DNA from: Gammaproteobacteria bacterium
GTDB lineage: Bacteria > Pseudomonadota > Gammaproteobacteria > JAJPIJ01
NCBI GenBank assembly: GCA_022072255.1
Contig: JAJVHZ010000061.1
Span: forward strand, 26,207-90,206
Length of the DNA stretch: 64,000 nt
Reading direction: 5' to 3'
The notes beneath the pieces are model-generated. The model had not been told where the DNA came from and did no database searches. It saw only the letters and a list, made by a program, of their open reading frames with translations. Positions 54,633-64,000 of this stretch are shown in pieces (within the stretch, counting starts at the first letter, position 1; each line of letters begins with the position of its first letter). Made by a program: the position numbers and the translations under genes.

Positions 54633-55735
54633 CGACGCATCAGCTCGCGGCGCTCCAGATACGCCCGGCGCGCGATGTTCACATCTTCGAGAAACCAGCC
54701 GAGTTCATCCGGCGTCAGGGCCTGCGGTCCGTCCACCAGCGCCCTGGCAGGCTCCGGGTGAAAGTCGACCAGGACCATATTCGCCCCCGCCACCACGCCT
54801 TGCGCCGCGACGTGCATCACGTCGAGGATTCCGTCGGCGCCTGCCGCGCGGCTGCCCACGGAATGGGAGGGATCGATGCACACGGGCATGCGCGTCAGCC
54901 GCTGTATCACCGGCACGTGCGCGAAGTCCACCATGTTGCGGTGCGGATCGCTGAAATTCGTCTTCATTCCCCGCAGACAGAAGACCACGCGATGGTTGCC
55001 CTCGCTCGCCAGGTATTCCGCGGCGTTGAGGGATTCATCGAGCGTGATGCCGAAACCGCGCTTGATGAGCACGGGAAACCGGCGCTGGCGGCCGACACTC
55101 TTCAGGAGCTCGAAATTCTGCGTGTTGCGCGTCCCGATCTGCAGCATCACCCCCGTCGGGTCGCCCGCCGCGTCGAGCGCCGCACTGATCTCATCGACAT
55201 GATCCTCGTGCGTCACCTCCATGGCGATGACGCGGATACCGTAGGTGCCGGCGAGTTCGAAGACGTACGGCAGGCAATCCTTGCCATGGCCCTGGAAGGA
55301 ATAAGGGCTGGTGCGTGGCTTGTACGCACCCATGCGCGTGCACACCTGTCCGCGGTCACGCAGGGCCTTGAGCATCCGCTCGACGTGCTCGCGCGTACTG
55401 ACCGCACAGAGGCCGGCGAACACGTGCAGGGAGTCCTGGTCGAACCGCACGCCGTTGTACTCGAAGCCGATGGCGCGCGTGTCGCCCTTGTGGCGGCCGA
55501 GGATGCGGTACTCGCGCGAGACACGGACCACGCGATCGACGACCTCGAATCCCTCGATCTCCTTCTGGTCGATCTGGGAAGTGTTGCCGATGAGGTAGAT
55601 CTCGGTGAGCGTCTGCTGGGTGCCGCTGACTTCATGCACCCGGTGCTCGACGTTGGGCAGGCCCGCCAGGTGCGCGAGCAGCCGCTGATACTCCTGGCCA
55701 CTCTCGTCGACGTCCGGTTTGAGGATGACAATCAC
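54620..55735 (-). CDS. 3-deoxy-7-phosphoheptulonate (DAHP) synthase, type I-beta, with an N-terminal ferredoxin-like regulatory domain
   Basis: 371 aa. The N-terminal about 90 aa form an ACT/FL-like domain (MIVILKPD...). A KDSA/DAHP TIM barrel follows (GPCAVS-like LCAVSTRE; KPRTSPYSFQG; IGTRN). Its 3' end overlaps gluQ convergently by 13 nt. Confidence 0.88.
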   Translation of the reverse strand: MIVILKPDVDESGQEYQRLLAHLAGLPNVEHRVHEVSGTQQTLTEIYLIGNTSQIDQKEIEGFEVVDRVVRVSREYRILGRHKGDTRAIGFEYNGVRFDQDSLHVFAGLCAVSTREHVERMLKALRDRGQVCTRMGAYKPRTSPYSFQGHGKDCLPYVFELAGTYGIRVIAMEVTHEDHVDEISAALDAAGDPTGVMLQIGTRNTQNFELLKSVGRQRRFPVLIKRGFGITLDESLNAAEYLASEGNHRVVFCLRGMKTNFSDPHRNMVDFAHVPVIQRLTRMPVCIDPSHSVGSRAAGADGILDVMHVAAQGVVAGANMVLVDFHPEPARALVDGPQALTPDELGWFLEDVNIARRAYLERRELMRRQRP

Positions 55736-55805
55736 GGGCGCATCATTGCGTCGCCCGTGTCAGAGCCGTACGCCGGTGCGCGCCGGCGACCGCGCTGCGT
55801 GACGC

Positions 55806-57743
55806 TCATTTGTTGGCGCGATTGGAGATCAGATCGTCGACGACGCCCGGATCGGCCAGCGTGGTGGTGTCGCCGAGGCTGTCGAGCTCGTTGGCTGCCA
55901 CCTTGCGCAGAATGCGTCGCATTATCTTGCCCGAGCGCGTCTTCGGCAGACCCGGCGCCCATTGAATGACATCGGGGCTGGCAATGGGACCGATCACCTT
56001 GCGAACGTGCGCGACCAGTTCCTTGCGCAGTTCCTCGGTGGCGTCCACGCCCTTCATCAACGTCACATAGGCGTAGATCCCCTGTCCCTTGATGTCGTGC
56101 GGGTAGCCGACGACCGCCGCCTCGGCGACCGAGGGGTGCAGGACCAGCGCGCTTTCGACCTCGGCAGTGCCCATGCGGTGGCCGGAGACGTTGATGACGT
56201 CGTCGACACGCCCGGTGATCCAGTAGTAGCCATCGCTGTCACGGCGCGCGCCGTCACCCGTGAAGTAGGTGCCCGGATACATCCTGAAATAGGTGTCGAT
56301 GAAGCGCTCATGGTCGCCGTAGACAGTGCGCATCTGACCTGGCCACGAGCGCTTGATGACCAGACTTCCGGTGGCGTCGCCATCCAGTTCCACGCCCTTG
56401 TCGTCGACGATGGCCGGCTCGACGCCGAAGAACGGCCTCGTCGCGGAACCGGGTTTCAGCGGCGTCGCGCCGGGCAATGGCGTGATGAGGATCCCGCCGG
56501 TCTCCGTCTGCCACCAGGTATCCATGACCGGGCAGCGGCCATCGCCGACGACCTGGTAATACCACTCCCACGCCTCCGGGTTGATCGGTTCGCCGACGGA
56601 TCCCAGCACGCGCAAGGTCTTGCGGCTGGTGCGCGTCACCCACTCGTTGCCCTGCCCCATCAGCGCCCTGATGGCGGTGGGCGCGGTATAGAAAATGTTG
56701 ACCTTGTGCTTGTCTATCACCTGCCAGAACCGGCCCGCATCGGGATAGGTGGGGACGCCTTCGAACATCAGCGTGGTGGCGCCGTTGCACAGCGGGCCGT
56801 AGATGATATAGGAGTGGCCGGTCACCCAGCCGACATCCGCGGTGCACCAGTAGATGTCACCGTCGTGGTAGTCGAATATGTACTTGTGCGTCATCGCCGC
56901 GAAGAGCAGGTAGCCGCCGGTGGTGTGCAAGACGCCCTTGGGCTTGCCCGTCGAACCGGAGGTGTAAAGGATGAACAGCGGCGACTCCGCCTCCACCGTC
57001 ACTGGTTCGCAGTCCGGCGCGGCACGCTCCATGGCAAGGTGATACCACTGGTCGCGGCCTTCCACCCAGGGGATCTCGTTACCGCTGCGTCTGACGACGA
57101 TGCAGGTATGGACATTCGGGCAGCTGGCAAGCGCCTTGTCGGCATTCACTTTCAGCGGCACGGGTCGACCGCCGCGCATGCCCTCGTCCGCCGTCACGAG
57201 GACCTGGCAATCGGAGTCCAGAATGCGATCTTTCAGCGCGTCCGGCGAGAAACCGCCGAAGACGATCGAATGCACCGCGCCGATGCGCGTGCACGCGAGC
57301 ATGGCAACGGCGGCCTCCGGGATCATCGGCATGTAGATCGACACGCGATCGCCGCGCTGCACGCCGCGGGATTTCAGCACGTTGGCGAAACGACATACCT
57401 CGGCGTGCAGCTGACGGTAGGTGATGTGCTTGTGCTCCGCCGGATCGTCGGCCTCCCAGATGATGGCCACCTGATCGCCGCGTTGCGCCAGGTGCCTGTC
57501 CAGGCAGTTGGTGCTGACGTTCAATTGTCCGCCTTCGAACCATCTGATGTCCGCAGTGTGGAAATCGGCGTTCATGACCCGCGACCACGGTTTCGTCCAG
57601 GTGAGGAATTTCCCGGCCTCCTCCGCCCAGAAGCCGTCGGGGTCGGCCAGCGAGCGTGCATACATGCTCAGATAGCGGTCATTGTCGATATGCGCCCTCG
57701 CCTTCATCTCGGGCGCAACCGGATAGATCTTCTCGGATGACAT
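55806..57743 (-). CDS. acs: acetyl-CoA synthetase (AMP-forming)
   Basis: The N-terminus aligns with Acs ([12 protein letters not shown]...; the [14 protein letters not shown]-binding motif). I trimmed the start to the ATG at 57743, which has an AGGGG SD. Confidence 0.95.
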   Translation of the reverse strand: MSSEKIYPVAPEMKARAHIDNDRYLSMYARSLADPDGFWAEEAGKFLTWTKPWSRVMNADFHTADIRWFEGGQLNVSTNCLDRHLAQRGDQVAIIWEADDPAEHKHITYRQLHAEVCRFANVLKSRGVQRGDRVSIYMPMIPEAAVAMLACTRIGAVHSIVFGGFSPDALKDRILDSDCQVLVTADEGMRGGRPVPLKVNADKALASCPNVHTCIVVRRSGNEIPWVEGRDQWYHLAMERAAPDCEPVTVEAESPLFILYTSGSTGKPKGVLHTTGGYLLFAAMTHKYIFDYHDGDIYWCTADVGWVTGHSYIIYGPLCNGATTLMFEGVPTYPDAGRFWQVIDKHKVNIFYTAPTAIRALMGQGNEWVTRTSRKTLRVLGSVGEPINPEAWEWYYQVVGDGRCPVMDTWWQTETGGILITPLPGATPLKPGSATRPFFGVEPAIVDDKGVELDGDATGSLVIKRSWPGQMRTVYGDHERFIDTYFRMYPGTYFTGDGARRDSDGYYWITGRVDDVINVSGHRMGTAEVESALVLHPSVAEAAVVGYPHDIKGQGIYAYVTLMKGVDATEELRKELVAHVRKVIGPIASPDVIQWAPGLPKTRSGKIMRRILRKVAANELDSLGDTTTLADPGVVDDLISNRANK

Positions 57744-58006
57744 AGCCTTTCCCCTTGGCTGCACGGAGCAGCGGCGTGTTTCTTGTACCGGCATCGGAGC
57801 CTCGGCCGAGGCATCCCCGGGAGACCTTCACTGCCCGACTGTATGGTGTACTGCGCAGCGACGGGGCCGACATGCTCCGCGAGTCATCGGCCACGAAGGC
57901 GCGATCATACGCCGGTCGAGCTCACGTTAATGCTTCGCGGCGGCAACGACAACCATCCCGGCCGGCCGCTGTCGCAGATTGCGACGACGGCACTTGGTCC
58001 GCACGA

Positions 58007-59263
58007 TTACCGGGTTTCGCGAGGCGGTTGCGCCCGCTTCAACCGGCGATAAAGGGTGCTGCGGGCAATCCCGAGCCTGCGCGCCGCGCGACTTATCTCG
58101 CCGCCGCATTGTGCGAGCGTGCGACGGATAAACTCCTCCTCGGTCTCCCGCAGCGACCCCGGTGCAAGGCCCCCAGGCTGTCCTTCGAGCCCGGCATCCT
58201 CCGCCGGCCTCGAGTTCCGAGCGCGCTCGGCGAAAACCAAGGGCGGTATTTCCTTGCGGCGCAGGACCAACAGGTAGCCGGCCAGTCGCCCGCGGTCGTC
58301 GCGCAGCACCTCCAGCCGCAGGGTCAGCGGCACCAGACCATCGATCTCACGCTCCACGGCGCCGTCCGGCACATGCTCGTGCAGGCGCATCCCCTGCAGT
58401 CCGAGCGCCAGCCGTGGCGCCACCTCGATTAGGCGCCGATTACGGATGGCCGCGTCTCCGTCCGATATGGCGGCGAGGCCCGCGGCGTTGGCGTCGAGCA
58501 CGCGGCCGCTGCGGCTCAGCAGGATCAGACCGTCGCCGGGCCATCTGCGCTGCAACTCGAGAAAACGATTGTGCAGATGATCGCGGCGCACCAGTTCGCG
58601 CAACTGCAATTGCTGTTCTACAGCCTGCGCTATCGCGACGGTGAGCCCCATGGTCTCGAACTGCGCGTGGCGCACCGGTCCGGTGATGTCAACCACCCCG
58701 ATGATCTCCCCGGACTCCGGATCGCGAACGGGACTCCCGTAACAGACCCAGGGCTGCCACCCCTGGCAAAAGTGTTCGGTCCCCAGCACGACCTCGGGAC
58801 GGCCCACCTTCAGCGGCGTACCGACTCCGTTCGGCCCCACCACCTCTTCCGCCCACATGCCACCGGGCATGAAGTTGATGCGCTCGAGCCGCTCGCGGGT
58901 GCCGCGCTGTCCGGCCGCGTACAGGATGCGCCCCTTGGCGTCGGCCAGGACCAGTACATGGCCGGTGCCTTGCAGGATGGCCTCGTAGCTCCCGAGAACC
59001 TCGCACCCGACCACCCCCAGGGAGGCCGTATGCAATATCTTTTCGATGGCCTCGGATTCCAGCCGTGAAGGGGCGCGGACGGCCTCGGGGTCGATGCCCA
59101 GATCGCGGCATCGGCGCCAACTGTCGGCGATGACGTTACGGGGCGATCGGGCGCCGAAGTCGCCGGTCGCGACAAATCGCTCCCATGCCGAGGCCACCTC
59201 GCGGTTGGCCTTGACCGGGGCATCCAGGATTGCTGCGAAGGGATCGGAGTTTTCGCTGCCCAT
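58007..59263 (-). CDS. GAF-PAS-Fis-HTH transcriptional regulator (N-terminus like AcoR-type sigma54 activators, but without the AAA+ sigma54-interaction domain)
   Basis: 418 aa. It has an N-terminal GAF-like domain (as in AcoR/EutR-type activators), a PAS-like middle domain and a C-terminal Fis-type HTH (ISRAARRLGIARSTLYRRLKR). No Walker A or GAFTGA motif is present. Confidence 0.7.
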   Translation of the reverse strand: MGSENSDPFAAILDAPVKANREVASAWERFVATGDFGARSPRNVIADSWRRCRDLGIDPEAVRAPSRLESEAIEKILHTASLGVVGCEVLGSYEAILQGTGHVLVLADAKGRILYAAGQRGTRERLERINFMPGGMWAEEVVGPNGVGTPLKVGRPEVVLGTEHFCQGWQPWVCYGSPVRDPESGEIIGVVDITGPVRHAQFETMGLTVAIAQAVEQQLQLRELVRRDHLHNRFLELQRRWPGDGLILLSRSGRVLDANAAGLAAISDGDAAIRNRRLIEVAPRLALGLQGMRLHEHVPDGAVEREIDGLVPLTLRLEVLRDDRGRLAGYLLVLRRKEIPPLVFAERARNSRPAEDAGLEGQPGGLAPGSLRETEEEFIRRTLAQCGGEISRAARRLGIARSTLYRRLKRAQPPRETR

Positions 59264-59459
59264 GGTGGTTGCTTCCGGGATATCCGCCTCAGGCGCTCCG
59301 GCCGTGATTCACGCCGTGTGGTGGTGTCCGCGCCATGATGAGTAGCTTTAACATATCGGCACGCCATTTACGAGGCCAGAGGCAGGCCGTGCGCTCAAGC
59401 CGGACGCCTGGGGGCCGAAAATATCATCAGCCAGCTTGTGGACAGGGGGTTTTCTCACG

Positions 59460-60119
59460 ATGGACAAGACGCGTTGCATCGGTCTGCTGCTCGCCGTCCT
59501 GCTGCCGCTGGCAGCGATGTGCGCCGCTGCAGAAGACTGGGGCCGGGTAGTCGGATTGTTCAGGGACCAGGCCATCGTCGAGGTGGACGGACGGCAACTC
59601 ATCCTGAAGGCAGGCGGCCGCGCCAAGGCAGGCATACGACTGCTGTCCACGGATGGCCAGGAGGCCGTATTCGAGGTCGACGGCAAGGAATTCCGCTATC
59701 GGTCGGGGACCCAGATCGGCAGCAATCGCCTGAGCGGTCCGACCGGCGGCAAGGTCGTGCAGATAGCGCCCGACACGGGCGGGATGTATTTCGTCAGCGG
59801 CGCGATAAACGGCTATGCCGTGCGCTTCCTGGTCGACACCGGGGCAACGCTCGTCGCCATGAACAGGCGAACTGCCAGGCGCCTCGGGATCAATTACATG
59901 CTGGAGGGCGAGGAAGGCGTTTCGCAGACCGCCTCGGGTTATGCAAAGACCTACCTGGTGAAACTGAGTAGGGTGACGGTCGGGGAGATCACCCTTACGG
60001 ACGTGGATGGCGCGGTCATCGACGGCGATCAACCCCTGGAAGTGCTGCTCGGCAACTCCTTTCTGGGACGCCTGAACATGCATCGGGAGGGGCGTCTGCT
60101 GATGCTGAGGACGCATTAG
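59460..60119 (+). CDS. retropepsin-like aspartic protease (TIGR02281 family, clan AA) with an N-terminal signal peptide
   Basis: It has a signal peptide (MDKTRCIGLLLAVLLPLAAMCAAA) and the aspartic protease active site FLVDTGATLVAM. Confidence 0.7.
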   Translation: MDKTRCIGLLLAVLLPLAAMCAAAEDWGRVVGLFRDQAIVEVDGRQLILKAGGRAKAGIRLLSTDGQEAVFEVDGKEFRYRSGTQIGSNRLSGPTGGKVVQIAPDTGGMYFVSGAINGYAVRFLVDTGATLVAMNRRTARRLGINYMLEGEEGVSQTASGYAKTYLVKLSRVTVGEITLTDVDGAVIDGDQPLEVLLGNSFLGRLNMHREGRLLMLRTH

Positions 60120-60540
60120 GGCCGCGCCGCGCATCGCGGTGGTCACCGGGCGGAAGGAAAATCCACCTTCCTGCCCACTCTGGCGAGCGGGCAGGGGAAG
60201 GTGTAAGGGGAGGTCACATTACTGGAGAGCACCGCGGAGCAACCACATCCCATCTCTCTAGTGCGGTGCACAATAAACTTAATCTAATCGCAGTGCAATA
60301 GGCCAGGTTGACGACATTTAGTTTCTGCATCGGAAACAATCATGCAGTCCCTGTTCGTGTAGCGTCCTTGGGCGCTGATCGTAACTCGATTATATTCCAA
60401 GGAGTTTTTGAAGAACTCGGGATGCGCGGGCCAGCGGGCTGCCAGCCACCGAGCCAGGATCGGTCCGTTACGAAGGACCGAGATATTGCTGCAATGCAGC
60501 GATATCATGTATGAACCCCCTGGCTACGACCTGCGTTGGC

Positions 60541-61320
60541 TCAACCCGGCGCGCTGTTCGTGTGTGGAAGAATCCGCAGCTGCGCGAGCGTGTTGCGCCC
60601 GCCCCCGTGAACGTACGCCGAATCGCAGCCCGCGGCGATCAGGCTGAACCCCTGCTCGAGATGCGGACGTATCGCCCGTGGGTCCAGGCCGAAGATGCCC
60701 AACGGCATCTGCCGGCGGGAACACGCGTCACGGACGATCGCGATGGCGGCGGTGACCTCGGCGTGACTCACCTCCCCCATCAGGCCCATGCTCGCGGAGA
60801 GATCGTATGGGCCCACGAATACCGCGTCGATGCCGGCCACCTCAACGATCGACTCGACATTGCGTACGGCATCGATATGTTCCACCTGCACCACAACGCT
60901 GATCTCTTCATTGGCACGCTGCACGTACTCGCCGAAATAACCGCCGTAGCCATGCGCGCGGGCGATCCCTACGCCCCGCGTGCCGGCCGGCGGGTAGCGG
61001 CACCATTGCACGACACGCGCGGCCTGTTCGGCGGTGCTGACCTGCGGGACGATGACCCCGGCGGCACCGATATCCAGCGCCTTCTTGACCTCGATTTCAT
61101 CCGCAAGGGGGATCCGCAGCAGGCAGGGGCATCGGTCCCCGGCCGCCTGGATCATCCGCTGGGCCGTCAGACAATCCAGAGGCCCGTGCTCGCCGTCGAG
61201 GAACAGCCAGTCGAAGCCGACGGCGGCGAGGATCTCCGCGACCTCCGGGGAGGGAAGGCTGACGAGAGTACCGAGCAGCCGGTCGCGCGCCCGCAACCGC
61301 CGCCGAAACGAATGAAACAT
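60541..61320 (-). CDS. HpcH/HpaI aldolase / citrate-lyase beta-subunit-like family protein
   Basis: It has the class II aldolase TIM-barrel motifs of the HpcH/HpaI family (LDGEHGP; the FVGPYDLSASMG region). I trimmed the start to MFHSFRRRL. Confidence 0.8.
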   Translation of the reverse strand: MFHSFRRRLRARDRLLGTLVSLPSPEVAEILAAVGFDWLFLDGEHGPLDCLTAQRMIQAAGDRCPCLLRIPLADEIEVKKALDIGAAGVIVPQVSTAEQAARVVQWCRYPPAGTRGVGIARAHGYGGYFGEYVQRANEEISVVVQVEHIDAVRNVESIVEVAGIDAVFVGPYDLSASMGLMGEVSHAEVTAAIAIVRDACSRRQMPLGIFGLDPRAIRPHLEQGFSLIAAGCDSAYVHGGGRNTLAQLRILPHTNSAPG

Positions 61321-61394
61321 GCTGTCCTTTCTGCCCAGGGTTGCAACTGCCGCGCGGCCCGCGAGTATAGGGGATGACTCCGGCCCGGCCGCAA

Positions 61395-63152
<1,758 letters not shown>

Positions 63153-63237
63153 TGTCTTGTTCCCCTCTGCACCTGAACCGCGAAGTTCCCTCGAGGCGAT
63201 GGCGCGCCCCCGCGCGCCCGGTGTCGCCGCCGGTCCG

Positions 63238-64000
63238 TCAATCCGTCGCGGCGGCGAACTGCCCGAGTCGCACCGGCTGTCGTCGCGCTCCCCAGGCGCC
63301 CGGCGCGCTCTCGAATACCCCCGCGCAAGGCGTCCGGCAGTGCCGGCAGCGGCCGTCCGCCGTCAGTTCCCAGGCGGTCATGCGGTACCAGTCGCGGCCG
63401 ATGAGCAGCGCGCCGCATTCATGGCAGTAGGTGCTGCCGCCAGCCTCGTCGTGGACGTTTCCCGTATAGCAGTAGCGCACGCCGTTGTTCGTCGCGATGG
63501 CCCGCGCGCGCGCCAGCGTGGCCGGCGGTGTCGCCGGCGTATCCATCATCTTCCAGTCCGGGTGAAACGCGCTGAAATGCAACGGGACGTCCACACCCAG
63601 CTCCGATACGACCCACTGCGTCAGCGCCTCCAGCTCGGCGTCGCTGTCGTTGGCGCCGGGAATGAGCAAGGTCGTTATCTCCAGCCACACCCCGGTCTCG
63701 CGCCGCAGGTAGACCAGGGTGTCGAGTACCGGCTGCAGGTGGGCGCCGGTCAGCTTCCAGTAGAACTGGTCATTGAAGGACTTCAGATCGACGTTGGCCG
63801 CGTCGATATGCCGGAAGAGCTCCGCGCGCGGTTCCGGACACACGTACCCGGCCGTGACGGCCACGGTGCGTATCCCCTGCCCGCGGCAGGCATCGGCCAC
63901 GTCCGCGGCGTACTCCATGAACACGACGGGGTCGTTGTAGGTGAAGGCCACGCTGCGGCACCCCAGTGCTCTCGCGGCGTTCGCGATCGTCACCGGCGAG
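63238..64000 (-). CDS. radical SAM enzyme (AmmeMemoRadiSam-system / PflA-like family), C-terminal portion; the 5' end with the CxxxCxxC motif lies beyond the window edge
   Basis: The C-terminal region shows the [11 protein letters not shown]...C.ECG...C..C pattern typical of this family. The ORF runs to the window end with no radical-SAM cysteine triad yet seen. Confidence 0.55.
   Translation of the reverse strand, partial: SPVTIANAARALGCRSVAFTYNDPVVFMEYAADVADACRGQGIRTVAVTAGYVCPEPRAELFRHIDAANVDLKSFNDQFYWKLTGAHLQPVLDTLVYLRRETGVWLEITTLLIPGANDSDAELEALTQWVVSELGVDVPLHFSAFHPDWKMMDTPATPPATLARARAIATNNGVRYCYTGNVHDEAGGSTYCHECGALLIGRDWYRMTAWELTADGRCRHCRTPCAGVFESAPGAWGARRQPVRLGQFAAATD

Noticed and set aside
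60284-60514. Small ORFs (74 aa on the minus strand, 68 aa on the plus strand) inside the low-GC intergenic region
   Set aside because: They have no SD and no recognisable family, and they are mutually overlapping. The region is treated as non-coding (see finding).

Overview
This is a high-GC (about 65-68%) gammaproteobacterial chromosomal segment. Gene density is about 95%, and nearly every antisense frame also stays open, so long opposite-strand shadow ORFs were discounted. 

Two parts:
- **Positions 1 to ~13,200: a compact catabolic locus.** It looks accessory, and this is where I think the undescribed system lies. A translationally coupled plus-strand operon encodes a CrtI-like FAD oxidoreductase (3' end only), a GcvT/DmdA-like aminomethyltransferase, an ADP-forming acyl-CoA synthetase, an aldehyde dehydrogenase, a crotonase, a glutamine-synthetase-family gamma-glutamyl ligase and a YhdH/AcuI-type acrylyl-CoA reductase. 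It converges on a minus-strand operon encoding a TetR-regulator/Rieske-oxygenase alpha-subunit fusion protein, a second paralogous Rieske alpha subunit and an MFS transporter. A palindromic operator candidate sits upstream of the fusion gene. An unusual AT-rich 80-bp block separates this locus from the core genome. I could not find this enzyme combination, or the TetR-Rieske fusion, in any pathway I know. Candidate substrates are a methylated amine or sulfonium C3 acid such as DMSP or beta-alanine betaine.
- **Positions ~13,200 to 64,000: a syntenic core region.** It contains tatD-pilZ-holB-tmk-mltG-pabC-fabF-acpP-fabG-fabD-fabH-plsX-rpmF-yceD, then maf, sppA and rluC divergent from rne (with a 359-nt 5'UTR), then prfC, acpS-pdxJ-recO-era-rnc-DUF4845-lepB-lepA-grx-mucD-rseB-rseA-rpoE, nadB, a GGDEF protein, ligA-zipA-smc, queF-cysZ, dksA-gluQ, a DAHP synthase, acs, a GAF-Fis regulator, a retropepsin-like protease, an HpcH aldolase, icd and a radical SAM gene running off the window edge.

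Secondary oddities in the core part:
- DksA carries a 125-residue histone-H1-like Lys/Ala/Pro-rich N-terminal tail.
- Isocitrate dehydrogenase is fused to a C-terminal CBS-domain pair.
- The regulator next to acs has GAF, PAS and Fis-HTH domains but lacks the sigma54 AAA+ module.
- A low-GC 420-bp gene-free region contains two perfect hairpins.

I found no rRNA, tRNA, CRISPR array or transposase/integrase.
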